DNA of 64,000 nt from a virus (lineage: Duplodnaviria > Caudoviricetes). The notes beneath the pieces are model-generated. The model did no database searches. It was not told where the DNA came from and saw only the letters and a list, made by a program, of their open reading frames with translations. How positions within the stretch are numbered: position 1 is the stretch's first letter; each line of letters starts with the position of its first letter. Made by a program: the position numbers and the translations under genes. Below are positions 36,501-44,354 of the stretch, one piece after another. The DNA is taken from positions 64,001 to 128,000 of IMG/VR virus record IMGVR_UViG_3300021256_000056; one strand, written 5' to 3'.

Positions 36501-36928
36501 ATTGAACTTGAATTAGCATACGCATAATAAATATGATACGCATTCATATCACACTCGCCGTCATCGCCCTTAATATTATAAAAATTGAAATAAAGGATTT
36601 TCTTATCATCGTCTATTACTAGCGATGTTTGTACATTTGTGGAGCCACCATTTTCTGTTACCGTACACCTTATTTCGTCAATACCAGGAATGCAAGTGCT
36701 GTTAGTATTATAATATGTTTCGTATTCCATGGATGATTCTCCAAGAAGATGAGCAACATTGTTTCGAAAAGCGAGTTTATACTCGTTTTCGTTGCCAATG
36801 TAACTCTGAGCCAAGTTTTGTAAGCCCAAAAGGTCGTTTCCTTCGGGTGCTTTATCGTAAACCTGTCCGTTAAGTCCGATATATTCGGTTTTTCCACCAT
36901 TATCTTTTGTCCATAGATATGTTACCAT
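30524..36928 (-). CDS. Long tail fibre / receptor-binding protein with repeated modules
   Basis: Gly-x-Asp-Gly linkers (GKDG, GEDG), W..P repeats, four GG(T/D)(Y/F).NP.P modules, beta-helix-like ITGSNIYGG segment. Confidence 0.75.
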   Translation of the reverse strand: MVTYLWTKDNGGKTEYIGLNGQVYDKAPEGNDLLGLQNLAQSYIGNENEYKLAFRNNVAHLLGESSMEYETYYNTNSTCIPGIDEIRCTVTENGGSTNVQTSLVIDDDKKILYFNFYNIKGDDGECDMNAYHIYYAYANSSSMPDASTPIHSEFEEGDKWMGLQIVAGTRGESATDYNWTNIQPNEAKARFVSYAFARQMSVPGTPAGGTYDNPVPTTPTGVWHESIPTNNTASVWMTKATFEEGTLGPISDWTSPVLMSDTTSFQVEWADSNDKTDAVFNHPEYLANLNGYISDYGETDIVRWEQEMEPTCGVWSDNATTSTTYMATCSLNNGSWSDWEVVKIKGESGKDGINGGRMFMIFTAIPSGVTPNAPESTVANWDTNNDTLNPSSFTSSTSQLGGYATWTTTTPTLADGELLWMSQAEFGYEENGKIKGAWSTPNRITGKDGINGADGSGIEFIYCRFPKLSDYQLYIESAECNEMRNQESHPEYEGYPVTSRTQSDFIPESPDWQYHWTDSPLGVDLEHEIEACSTRREITASGGALEWALFGTPIVWAAKGTDGIDGDGVEYIFRITETAIETATQMYGYRELTNPTPEEEDLCREHSVTYVPTDEEVDPEEDEEYIYDSVNNKFYHLEDYSVVSYSYPYNVAPEMPPQNFSESSKSGIFGPYYNDNEEHEHIELTEVQKQTLLAYYQENKFVPGREKISSDIQNEESAAYQQTWLLGGQMTHDFESKGWCGGWVDSPVSVSPQRPFLWCATRKYTDDGNGGKSWQVFGEPFLWTQYAENGKSIGQETIYLGTLTNNDSRIVPTTTSSAEHGYPEGAEILNVVYDANAFTTPGWVPSTEGWQAAPMSIVPGTYNFIWVAKRAILADGTWSYFSPAAQLSQVSDSIEFEAEYSSYDGPSFSSSNLVPPSAHTNADGSFNETAWENDPINTQYGPWTNTSNENTRWMVQAHRIYKPAGESVWSNWDVIKCKGEDGSDGENGYTIFTSFAFTTLPEGVNISNGTPTGGTFVNPLPDSGTTAGTAVVWSSAPSGAGVVWMTSSIFSSEGPTTAGTQVTQWCRPQRLEDTANFEVMYSPNAVAPVIPINFDPDSATWWALANSQGWYDDVTDFSGDAVYMATIKGSNKVFNDNDWQVIKVKGERGDEGKNGYSSAMIYLYKRSETVATIDWTNAITYDFTTNTLDSVPYGWSRDFPAYQTNKPVYVTAASVYSTGTTQTIEHTKWATPVELSKDGADGTNGLNSATVTLYKRDSTIPSVPQANLLYTFATGILSGNLSGWTQDMPAIDGLLPCYTTRATAISIGENDTITSSEWSVVSKFVENGKDGEDGKDGADGSYTAFYFTSQKESIDLSQDTVSGGDYNNPAPTGTTPHTVNWTDTPSTVSGDRVIWMVTRRYSTTPSETGNWSSPTRMVDTVDFEAAYSSGNNDGTYNPIPVGFDNSAAWWASANTAGWYDDASSCINGAIFMATINGTNGIFNDADWNIVKVKGDKGDPGSVEGLEYLRSAFTETQIDNQEGVLLREVIGVRDENENLKAMMNASEHFLDETHGKVMFASGIDSFIGIKTSYAFAIQKIRPVDEEEGEEEDIHNLDDGNYFVTGGTYNNPLPTGTFYREEAGGVVQDLTHVITWMDSPKLDSSEAVDVNEVIVYVTNKTFYGDDRTTGGASWPAIQKTWQTGSAGYRCSIFCWLEDYSPIPPNFNEAAANDFINDWWAEAAESNWFHTPLEFLGAEAIWMATTTSEDGAVFSDWEIIRIKNEGPESRVSVSANTIIYEDGHIKTNSAEIKGTITGSNIYGGIITGATINGGSLSIGNGNFVVDTSGNFVSQNANMNNASINNATLDGNITLKNDNYLRLNDRNSRAVINISSGKVGITTASTTSITNTIGGMVNENWVQGAEIGSRSGELSRQGTWISNTAVAYKWRGEYSGETGHVSLYWEYSLYKESGDLWMSGSDPEIRIGSTFNSEGQNVTGQTEGTIKLNNVVVGSISNFTSKSFSIPLKAKFEEISDGKITITVSIRATVGAVELYGEGGEASASTSIQLSSYPFTIRRDITPESAYPTVVIGSNGIEVKTIGTNLLQYYLDNNGNTNFRVTVGGYTLEMTDTGITATNINNKGFKVDRDGFSPLPLT

Positions 36929-36936
36929 ACTGAAAA

Positions 36937-39834
36937 TTAATTACTTCTGTTATTTGTTGATTCTTCTTCAATGCTATACTCAAACAACGTTGTTGCTGGT
37001 ATCAACTGTTTCAGATAAAACAACACTTTATTTGTTATAAAATCTCTATAATTTCTTTTATCAATTTCTCTGGCGCTCGCATCTGTCCTGAAATGACTCG
37101 TTGGTTCAATAAATATAATGGATAACCGCTTTGAATTGATAATTGAATTGGCCGCAGATATATCATTATTTTCACCGCCAGTTTCGGGATTATAAGGCGT
37201 TGCTGAATTATTATCAAACGTAATTGTGACGCCAGTATTTTCTTCCGTTGCAGTAATTGGAATTGTGCCGTAATCATATTTATAATCCGTTGCGGCGCTG
37301 AACATGACCTCTCTCACTTTCTTATCATCAGTCACCGCTTCACCTTCTTCAAGGTCTCTAAGCCTGTCTGTAAAATACCAACACTTTTTGTTATCAACTA
37401 TTTTATCGAGGCGCCCATCCGTATTATCTACGCTACTGGTAAAAGAACAGGCTGTAACTTCTAATAGTTCCTCGTCTGAAAGTGTTGCAAAATTTGCTTT
37501 TTCTATCGCTGGGTTAAACGGGTGGAACATTGTTTGCATGTATTCTCTACCGTCATCATAACGACTATGGCCCATGTGGGGATTATTCCCTTCTGTGTTA
37601 TCCACTATTGACTCGAGGTAATAAACCTTTTTTGCTTCTTTGCTTAGCGTCCCTGCAGTACTTTCAATCTCTGTAAGCGGAACGCATTTCCATCCCATTG
37701 CTGTGGTTGCGCTGCCGTCAACCGTGACATAGCCAAGGGTGCTTGAATATGTATCGTCCTCCAAATAGAAGTAGTGTGATGCATTATCAACCGTTAAGCT
37801 TGTATCTGAGCCAAAAGAATATTTTTCTGCAAGACCGCTTAAGTCGGTTACATAACAAACGTTATCTGTTCTAACGATTGCACGACCTAATTCTAGCATA
37901 TCATCCAAAGTTGCTGCATACTTCAAATCGCTTATTGTTTCATTATATAATTTGAAGTTTGCGTCGGATTCGATATATTCTCTATATTGACTAAAGTCGG
38001 TATTGTTTACTTTCATTTTATCCGTCCTTCCCCAGCCACCATTCATTTGGAAATATAAATCATTGTCATATGTACGCCCATTTTCATACCATGGCACAAC
38101 ATATGAATAATCTTGACCCTCAACCTCATAAAAAATCTTTTTTAAAGGTAAACCGTATAAGGCGTCGTCGCCCGCCATGTCAAAATTGTATTTACGTCTA
38201 TTATATGATGCAACCTTTTCGTATGACGGATATGTCGATGCTGTGCTACCAGGGACTGGCGCGGGGCCAGCGAGGGCGATATACTCGCTTATGATAAAAT
38301 CACCAACATTCTCTGTTGGCTTAAATTCCTTTAACCCAAATAAACCCAATAAAGATACTAACCCCTTCTTGGTTCCTTTCATCGAATGAAGATATGAACT
38401 GTTTACCCTTAGTCTTCTGTAGAATTCACTATTTATTCCGTCCTTATCATATAATATGTTTCCACCATCATATGAAACGGATATTAAATCAAGCATGTTG
38501 TTTACCGAGGTGACCTCCCATCCACTGTTCTTTAACGTGGTGGCCAGCGCGTTATCGGGCACATTATTTTTCTTGTTGTACGTAACATTACCTGATTTAG
38601 ATATTACATCTGCAAACCTCTTTAAGTCATCATATTGTCTTCCATAGACCTTAAGTATTGGTTCTATTTTTGTCGTATCGATGGTTTCGAATTCGATTGT
38701 GTCATCGCCTTTCTCTCTGGTGAAAGTCCAGTCGAGGTTCTTAATTGCCTCGTGCGTCATTGAACGCCAGATATTGTCACTATCAAACTCATCGTGATAT
38801 GACGCTAAGGCGATGAGGCTTTCAAGATAGTTCTCATACGCTGCATTTGAAATGTCTGGGTTCCATCCATATGTTGTTGGCCAAATATAATTCCTCTTGT
38901 ATGTGAAAAATCCCTTTTCGGTTTCATATGGCGTATTAAAAGTCGCCATGTATAGAGGATTGGTATCTCTATTTAGAAGAACTCTCACAAAATCACTTGC
39001 ATTATCAAAGAACTCATCTATGTATGTTTGGTTCGGTCTAATTCTATAACCAACCTTCGTGATATCGCTGTGAAGTAGGGTAATATCATCTCCACGTTGA
39101 TATGCATATATGGTTAATGTTTCCGCAACATTTCCGTTCTCTGTAATAGTAATAACTGCATCGGCAATTATTGTGCCGTTGCTTATCTCCTCACAACTTC
39201 TGTTATAATGATGTATTGTTATTTCAGACGGACAAGATTCATATGCAGCAAAACTGTTACCAGTGTTTGTTATTGGTTCAAATATGACATATTTATTGAG
39301 ACTTTTTGCAAGATAACGCAGTTCGTTTTCTACGGTTTCTTCATCCACATCTTCCGTAATAACGTCAATGCCATAATCATTTGAAACCAAATAATAGACG
39401 CTCGCCGTACCGCCAGTAACCTTCTCGCGGAATTCTTTATCCGTAAAATAAAGTTCTGCAGGGAAATTTAATAGAACTTCTACAACAGACGCTTTTACAA
39501 GATTAACTGCAGAGCCATAATAGGCGAAATCCTTCATTGACTCGTAGTCGGGATTTAACCTTGTGCCAGTTTTCTTTGGCGTAATATTCTGTTCATTCCC
39601 AGCTTCATAATCTGGTATCCACCTACCATTGTTGTGTTTCTTCTGTTCATTAAGTCCAGACCTGACCTGAAACTTAAAGTTATTGATACCATATACCTGC
39701 CTTTCGGAAGGGGACATCGCATCAAACGATGAAACCGTCATAAAATCCCTTTCAAATACGGTTCCACCAGAAGTCTTTTGATGTTGACTTCTGTAAACAT
39801 AATTAGATTTACTTTTTATGTATTTTGATGCCAT
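36937..39834 (-). CDS. Baseplate/tail structural protein
   Basis: FAYYGSA, YGRQYDDLK, KGTKKGL..LLGLFG (tail-protein-I-like motif), YLKQLIPATT C-terminus; lies in the baseplate operon. Confidence 0.6.
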   Translation of the reverse strand: MASKYIKSKSNYVYRSQHQKTSGGTVFERDFMTVSSFDAMSPSERQVYGINNFKFQVRSGLNEQKKHNNGRWIPDYEAGNEQNITPKKTGTRLNPDYESMKDFAYYGSAVNLVKASVVEVLLNFPAELYFTDKEFREKVTGGTASVYYLVSNDYGIDVITEDVDEETVENELRYLAKSLNKYVIFEPITNTGNSFAAYESCPSEITIHHYNRSCEEISNGTIIADAVITITENGNVAETLTIYAYQRGDDITLLHSDITKVGYRIRPNQTYIDEFFDNASDFVRVLLNRDTNPLYMATFNTPYETEKGFFTYKRNYIWPTTYGWNPDISNAAYENYLESLIALASYHDEFDSDNIWRSMTHEAIKNLDWTFTREKGDDTIEFETIDTTKIEPILKVYGRQYDDLKRFADVISKSGNVTYNKKNNVPDNALATTLKNSGWEVTSVNNMLDLISVSYDGGNILYDKDGINSEFYRRLRVNSSYLHSMKGTKKGLVSLLGLFGLKEFKPTENVGDFIISEYIALAGPAPVPGSTASTYPSYEKVASYNRRKYNFDMAGDDALYGLPLKKIFYEVEGQDYSYVVPWYENGRTYDNDLYFQMNGGWGRTDKMKVNNTDFSQYREYIESDANFKLYNETISDLKYAATLDDMLELGRAIVRTDNVCYVTDLSGLAEKYSFGSDTSLTVDNASHYFYLEDDTYSSTLGYVTVDGSATTAMGWKCVPLTEIESTAGTLSKEAKKVYYLESIVDNTEGNNPHMGHSRYDDGREYMQTMFHPFNPAIEKANFATLSDEELLEVTACSFTSSVDNTDGRLDKIVDNKKCWYFTDRLRDLEEGEAVTDDKKVREVMFSAATDYKYDYGTIPITATEENTGVTITFDNNSATPYNPETGGENNDISAANSIINSKRLSIIFIEPTSHFRTDASAREIDKRNYRDFITNKVLFYLKQLIPATTLFEYSIEEESTNNRSN

Positions 39835-39838
39835 CTAG

Positions 39839-40738
39839 TTATTCTTCTACAATGTTATTGTATTCTTGTCCTTCTACGTCAATTTCACCCGCACCCTTCA
39901 AATGTTTAACATCATATAGAGGTTTGCCTGTTGCGGACTTAAGGGTATATATTTCGTGCTGTTTGTAGATTTGCTTATTCGCGTCATATGTGGTAAGTAA
40001 ACCGTGGTCGAGGTCTCTAATCTGGTCTCCTTCGAGCATTGTGCTGATTGTATCCGCGTCATGGTCTACCATTTCAATCTCAATCATAACAGGGTTGAAC
40101 TTGGTGTTTATGATGTGTATTTTTTGCCCCACAGTTCCAATTGAAGGTGATACGTTAGGCTTATAACTACTTGATGTTGACGGTGTAAGTGTGCAGAATA
40201 TGAGTTTATCCTCGCTTGCATTGGTTAATTTATACCTAGTTGACCTTGCATATGAATCACCAACCGTAACTTTAACTGGCACGCAGTTATTTGATGATGT
40301 GATAAGTCTAATCATGCCATCTACGAGTTCGTCATTATCATAATATTCCACGCGATACCCTTCGAGGTTGCTATTGTTGTCTACATCGTCTGAATTAATG
40401 ACAATACCCTCCACTACGGGGTTGCTGTAATTTTCTAATATACTAACATCAACGATATTCAATTCTATCTCTCTTGGTTTTATGTATATAGTATAGAACC
40501 CTTTTGAATTGAAGATATCAAGAGGAAGCTTTAGGGAATACAAGCCCCCAATGTTTATAAGTCCCGCATTGCTATCCATAGTAGTAGCGGGAACTAGGCA
40601 GTTGCTGTCTAGTTTCTTAAAACCATCGCTAAAGTTTTCATCTATAGTTCCCCTTGTTGGGCAATAATAGTAGAATATATCTATGTCGGTCTGTGGGTTC
40701 ACAGTTGCAGGCCTAATTGTTCCGTATACTCCTGGCAT
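39839..40738 (-). CDS. Baseplate-region structural protein
   Basis: GVYGTIRPA, GLYSLKLP, GFYTIYIKP, NTKFNPVMIEIEMVDHD; operon context. Confidence 0.55.
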   Translation of the reverse strand: MPGVYGTIRPATVNPQTDIDIFYYYCPTRGTIDENFSDGFKKLDSNCLVPATTMDSNAGLINIGGLYSLKLPLDIFNSKGFYTIYIKPREIELNIVDVSILENYSNPVVEGIVINSDDVDNNSNLEGYRVEYYDNDELVDGMIRLITSSNNCVPVKVTVGDSYARSTRYKLTNASEDKLIFCTLTPSTSSSYKPNVSPSIGTVGQKIHIINTKFNPVMIEIEMVDHDADTISTMLEGDQIRDLDHGLLTTYDANKQIYKQHEIYTLKSATGKPLYDVKHLKGAGEIDVEGQEYNNIVEE

Positions 40739-40765
40739 TTTATAAAGTTTTTAGTTCTTTATTGG

Positions 40766-42346
40766 TTAGAGATTGAAGATGTTATTATGATATGACCTTA
40801 GGTCTTCATATGTGTTGCATTCGCTTAATCTAAAATGATTTTCAAATGCGCTGGCACCACCTCTTTCAATCTCAATGTTAACATTAATCTTGGGCTCTTC
40901 AGAAATGTGATTGAGGTATTCTTTTTTGAATACTGGGGCATTGCTGGCCACGCCGCCCCTCCAAACATCACCCGTTGTCAATCCGACAATATGTGATAAA
41001 TTAGTATCTCTGGCGAGTTCAAAATCTTTATTATAAATAGTAAAGATTTTATTATTAAAATCAATTTCTTCGTATGTTAGAGTGGCGTTTCCGAACTCAA
41101 TTTCTTTCTCTGTGTAATCATATTTTTCCCTATATTCTATACCGCCGTTCGTGCCAGGGTCCCCAAAAATAAAACGCCCGTTTTGTAATCGGATATCCGC
41201 ACCAAAAGCATAAGTAAATTCAATCATTCCATTATTTCTTTCTATGCTTTCGATATAATCCCCCGTGAAATAATCTGCACCCTTCTGGGGGTTGGGGGCT
41301 GGGTTAAAAACTTCGCCAACAACATATGGCACCGTTGTTGCGGTTTTCTGACTATTTGTCCATATGAATGGCATGAGGTCGCCATTATCACTATAAACCT
41401 TATCTCTTGACCTTAATTCCTGCAGTCTTGATTCTGTTGTGAAGCCTACTTCGTACGTCTGTGCGCTTGGTCTTAATCCCCTTATTTCTTCAGTGTAATT
41501 GAACTGAGGGTCATCCTCTTCATAAACACTCATGACTCCATTATCCTCATATGTCTGGGTTAGAAGTATTGGTATCTCTATTGAGGGCACCCTTAGCGCT
41601 TGCTGTATTTGTAATCTTTCCCATTTTTGTAATTCTCTTTCATATAAATTGCTATTTTGAACTAAAAAATGATACATTGCGTCGCCCCCTCTTTCGTCCC
41701 ACTCTTTTTCTATACAACAATCTTTGGGCTCATTTTTTACTCTGGCTCTATTATCTTCAAACCACTTTAACCAAACTGGTATCTGTGAAACATAAAACTG
41801 TCCTGGAACTCTTGGACCTGATATGTTGCTTGGAATCGTTATCAACCCAAATAGACCAACTTCAACTTTCTTTATTAAACTATCACCCCCGAGATTAAAA
41901 TATGTATCTCTATCTTCTTTGGAGACAAGACGAATATATTTGAAATTAATAGTGTTCTCGCCGTTTTTTTCTTGGAAAACCCCTTTCCCTAAGTCAATGA
42001 AAAGGTTTTCATCACATGGTATAAAATCTTTTTTCCTAATGTCTTCATCAAGGTCACTAGTATAATATGTTACATTGTTTTTCTTGAATCTCTTGAGACA
42101 TAACCCCTTATTCAATATGGCTCGAACAGTATAATATTTGCGCAAAACGGTTTCCGTATTTTGACCATACGAATCAAACTCTGAGCAATCACAAATTATT
42201 CCACCCCAGTTTCCGTTAACGCCGCTTGCTGGAATAAACGGGATAATTTTACTGCCATTGTATTCATTAACAGGAATATATGGAGCCAACCCAAATGAAT
42301 GACTCCTTAATAATTCTAAGTTTATTTTTTTTCTAATAATTTCCAT
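40766..42346 (-). CDS. Baseplate-region structural protein
   Basis: IPILLTQ; C-terminal IERGGASAFENHFRLSE; operon context. Confidence 0.5.
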   Translation of the reverse strand: MEIIRKKINLELLRSHSFGLAPYIPVNEYNGSKIIPFIPASGVNGNWGGIICDCSEFDSYGQNTETVLRKYYTVRAILNKGLCLKRFKKNNVTYYTSDLDEDIRKKDFIPCDENLFIDLGKGVFQEKNGENTINFKYIRLVSKEDRDTYFNLGGDSLIKKVEVGLFGLITIPSNISGPRVPGQFYVSQIPVWLKWFEDNRARVKNEPKDCCIEKEWDERGGDAMYHFLVQNSNLYERELQKWERLQIQQALRVPSIEIPILLTQTYEDNGVMSVYEEDDPQFNYTEEIRGLRPSAQTYEVGFTTESRLQELRSRDKVYSDNGDLMPFIWTNSQKTATTVPYVVGEVFNPAPNPQKGADYFTGDYIESIERNNGMIEFTYAFGADIRLQNGRFIFGDPGTNGGIEYREKYDYTEKEIEFGNATLTYEEIDFNNKIFTIYNKDFELARDTNLSHIVGLTTGDVWRGGVASNAPVFKKEYLNHISEEPKINVNIEIERGGASAFENHFRLSECNTYEDLRSYHNNIFNL

Positions 42347-42347
42347 A

Positions 42348-44354
42348 TTAAAAAATTAATGGTTCAAAAAGGGTTATTATTGTTTTCCTGTTATCTTTAT
42401 CAAGCCTTACACCATAAAAATCACTATTTGTCGTATCGAACTCATAAATGTAATGCGGTTCTGTGTTCGCAACGTATTTAATTTTTATCTTAACGTATAA
42501 ATAATCATAGTATTCGTTAAAAGGTATACGACTAATTTGTGTATCATTGAATTTGGGCCTGGTAAACGGAATCGTCCTTCCGTTGCCCGCATGGTTAAAC
42601 TCAACTTTCATATAAATTTCTTTTTCGGGTTCATCGGGGCCTACTTCATTCTTAAAGAGATAAATATAAAAGCCTTCACTGGATTTATTGGTGTTGAACT
42701 TATCTCTAATAATTAATTTCGTGTCTATATCGTTATGCTCGTCATAAATAGTGAAGCCCTTACCCTTGGCTTTAAGATTCATATATTTTCCATATAATTC
42801 ACCCGAATCCAAAAAAACGGTGGAATAACCAAGTAGCTGCTGCTCTAATGGGTTTGGGTTATCATAGAATGATAATCTTATAAAACTATTTTTAACTTTT
42901 TGCTTTTGATATCTTATATCGTCTTCATCAAAATTCATGTATGCCACAAGGTCTGATTTTTCAAAAGCGTCGCGTTTCGTGATTGTGGTGCCAACGGGAA
43001 TCAAGTTCCACCCGTAGTTTCCGTCTATGTGCCATCCGTTGCTATATTGCCTTCTGTAATACGTCGTTCCAGTTGTTTCTGCGAGGGCCAATATTATTGG
43101 CTCTGACTGGTCCTGTGTCGCTCCGCGCTTGAAGGGTACACATTCTGCTGGAAGAATTGACGGGATTGAAGGAAGGGCTATAGCGGTTTCGTATATGCTT
43201 GGCGTTATCTCTTCGATTTCCTTATATTCAACTTCTCTGTACCTAAAATGGAAATTAAAGTCGATTTGCTCCATTTGTATTGTGTTTCCCGAATTATCTT
43301 TAAATGTTGGTTCAAACATAACTTTCTCCATGTCCAATATCTCGGGTATGACCTTCTCTTTGATTTCGCTTGAGAATAGGTTTTCAACAGTGCTTTGTTG
43401 AAAGAGGTTATTTTCATCGGTTTTAGTTAAGCCTAAGTCTACTTTATAATACTCATGCTTTCTTATGAGTTCCGTGCTTGCAAAAAGCGGCGCTGGTGCC
43501 CCCTCGCTATAATTCATTGTCATTTTTAAGTATGGGTTATAATTCATAAAAAGAGAGCAGGCGCCTATCTTTTCATAATCAAAAGCATCTCCAGCAATTT
43601 GTTTTTGATAAAAGGTTCTGGTTGCTTCTTTTAACCAATTACAAGTCTCAATAAAAATTTTCTCTGGATATGTTTCGTCAATTTCATCATTTTGGGGTAG
43701 TGTATCGTATTTTACAGCGACAAGCACTTCCTCATATTCATCTGTTGGTGTATATACGTTATATGTGTATTTTAACACCGTTGGTAATCTTAATATTGTA
43801 TTTTCATTAACCGAAATATTACTCGTGTTTATTGAGCTCCTATCATACATGTTATTGAAATTGTGCCTGGTTTCACTATTATGCCTAAAAACAGGACAAA
43901 CATCCTCTAAAATAATTGGTTGCTCTTGTGTCGTTAAATTTTCTAGTGTCCCCATTACGGTTCCATTCTCTTGCCATATTTCCAAATAATCCTCAGGTAA
44001 AAGCGCGTAATTATTCTCAAGAGTAATCGTTTTTGTATCTTTATCGACACCTATTATTGTGTATGTTACGTGTTCTTCGGGTATTGAAACGACCAGAATT
44101 TTATCGCTAACAATGGACATGACTTTCACTTCGCATTCTCCAAATGTTTCCCAGGAGGTGGTATCTCCAGTACCACTCCTTTTTCTGAAATATAGGGTAT
44201 CACCAACTTGAGCCCTATGTTCTTTCGGTAACAAAAGTACAATGCCTAGTTCCTGGTTAACGGAAACAATTGCTCCGTTGTGGCTTTCACCTGCAGGTAA
44301 TAGGACTTCCTCTTCCCTTATTGGGGTGTTTATATTTAAAGTCATCCTTTCCAT
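42348..44354 (-). CDS. Baseplate-region structural protein
   Basis: Start moved to the TAATG-coupled MERMT; KNSFIRLSFYD, SSEGFYIYLF, YMKVEFNHAG. Confidence 0.55.
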   Translation of the reverse strand: MERMTLNINTPIREEEVLLPAGESHNGAIVSVNQELGIVLLLPKEHRAQVGDTLYFRKRSGTGDTTSWETFGECEVKVMSIVSDKILVVSIPEEHVTYTIIGVDKDTKTITLENNYALLPEDYLEIWQENGTVMGTLENLTTQEQPIILEDVCPVFRHNSETRHNFNNMYDRSSINTSNISVNENTILRLPTVLKYTYNVYTPTDEYEEVLVAVKYDTLPQNDEIDETYPEKIFIETCNWLKEATRTFYQKQIAGDAFDYEKIGACSLFMNYNPYLKMTMNYSEGAPAPLFASTELIRKHEYYKVDLGLTKTDENNLFQQSTVENLFSSEIKEKVIPEILDMEKVMFEPTFKDNSGNTIQMEQIDFNFHFRYREVEYKEIEEITPSIYETAIALPSIPSILPAECVPFKRGATQDQSEPIILALAETTGTTYYRRQYSNGWHIDGNYGWNLIPVGTTITKRDAFEKSDLVAYMNFDEDDIRYQKQKVKNSFIRLSFYDNPNPLEQQLLGYSTVFLDSGELYGKYMNLKAKGKGFTIYDEHNDIDTKLIIRDKFNTNKSSEGFYIYLFKNEVGPDEPEKEIYMKVEFNHAGNGRTIPFTRPKFNDTQISRIPFNEYYDYLYVKIKIKYVANTEPHYIYEFDTTNSDFYGVRLDKDNRKTIITLFEPLIF

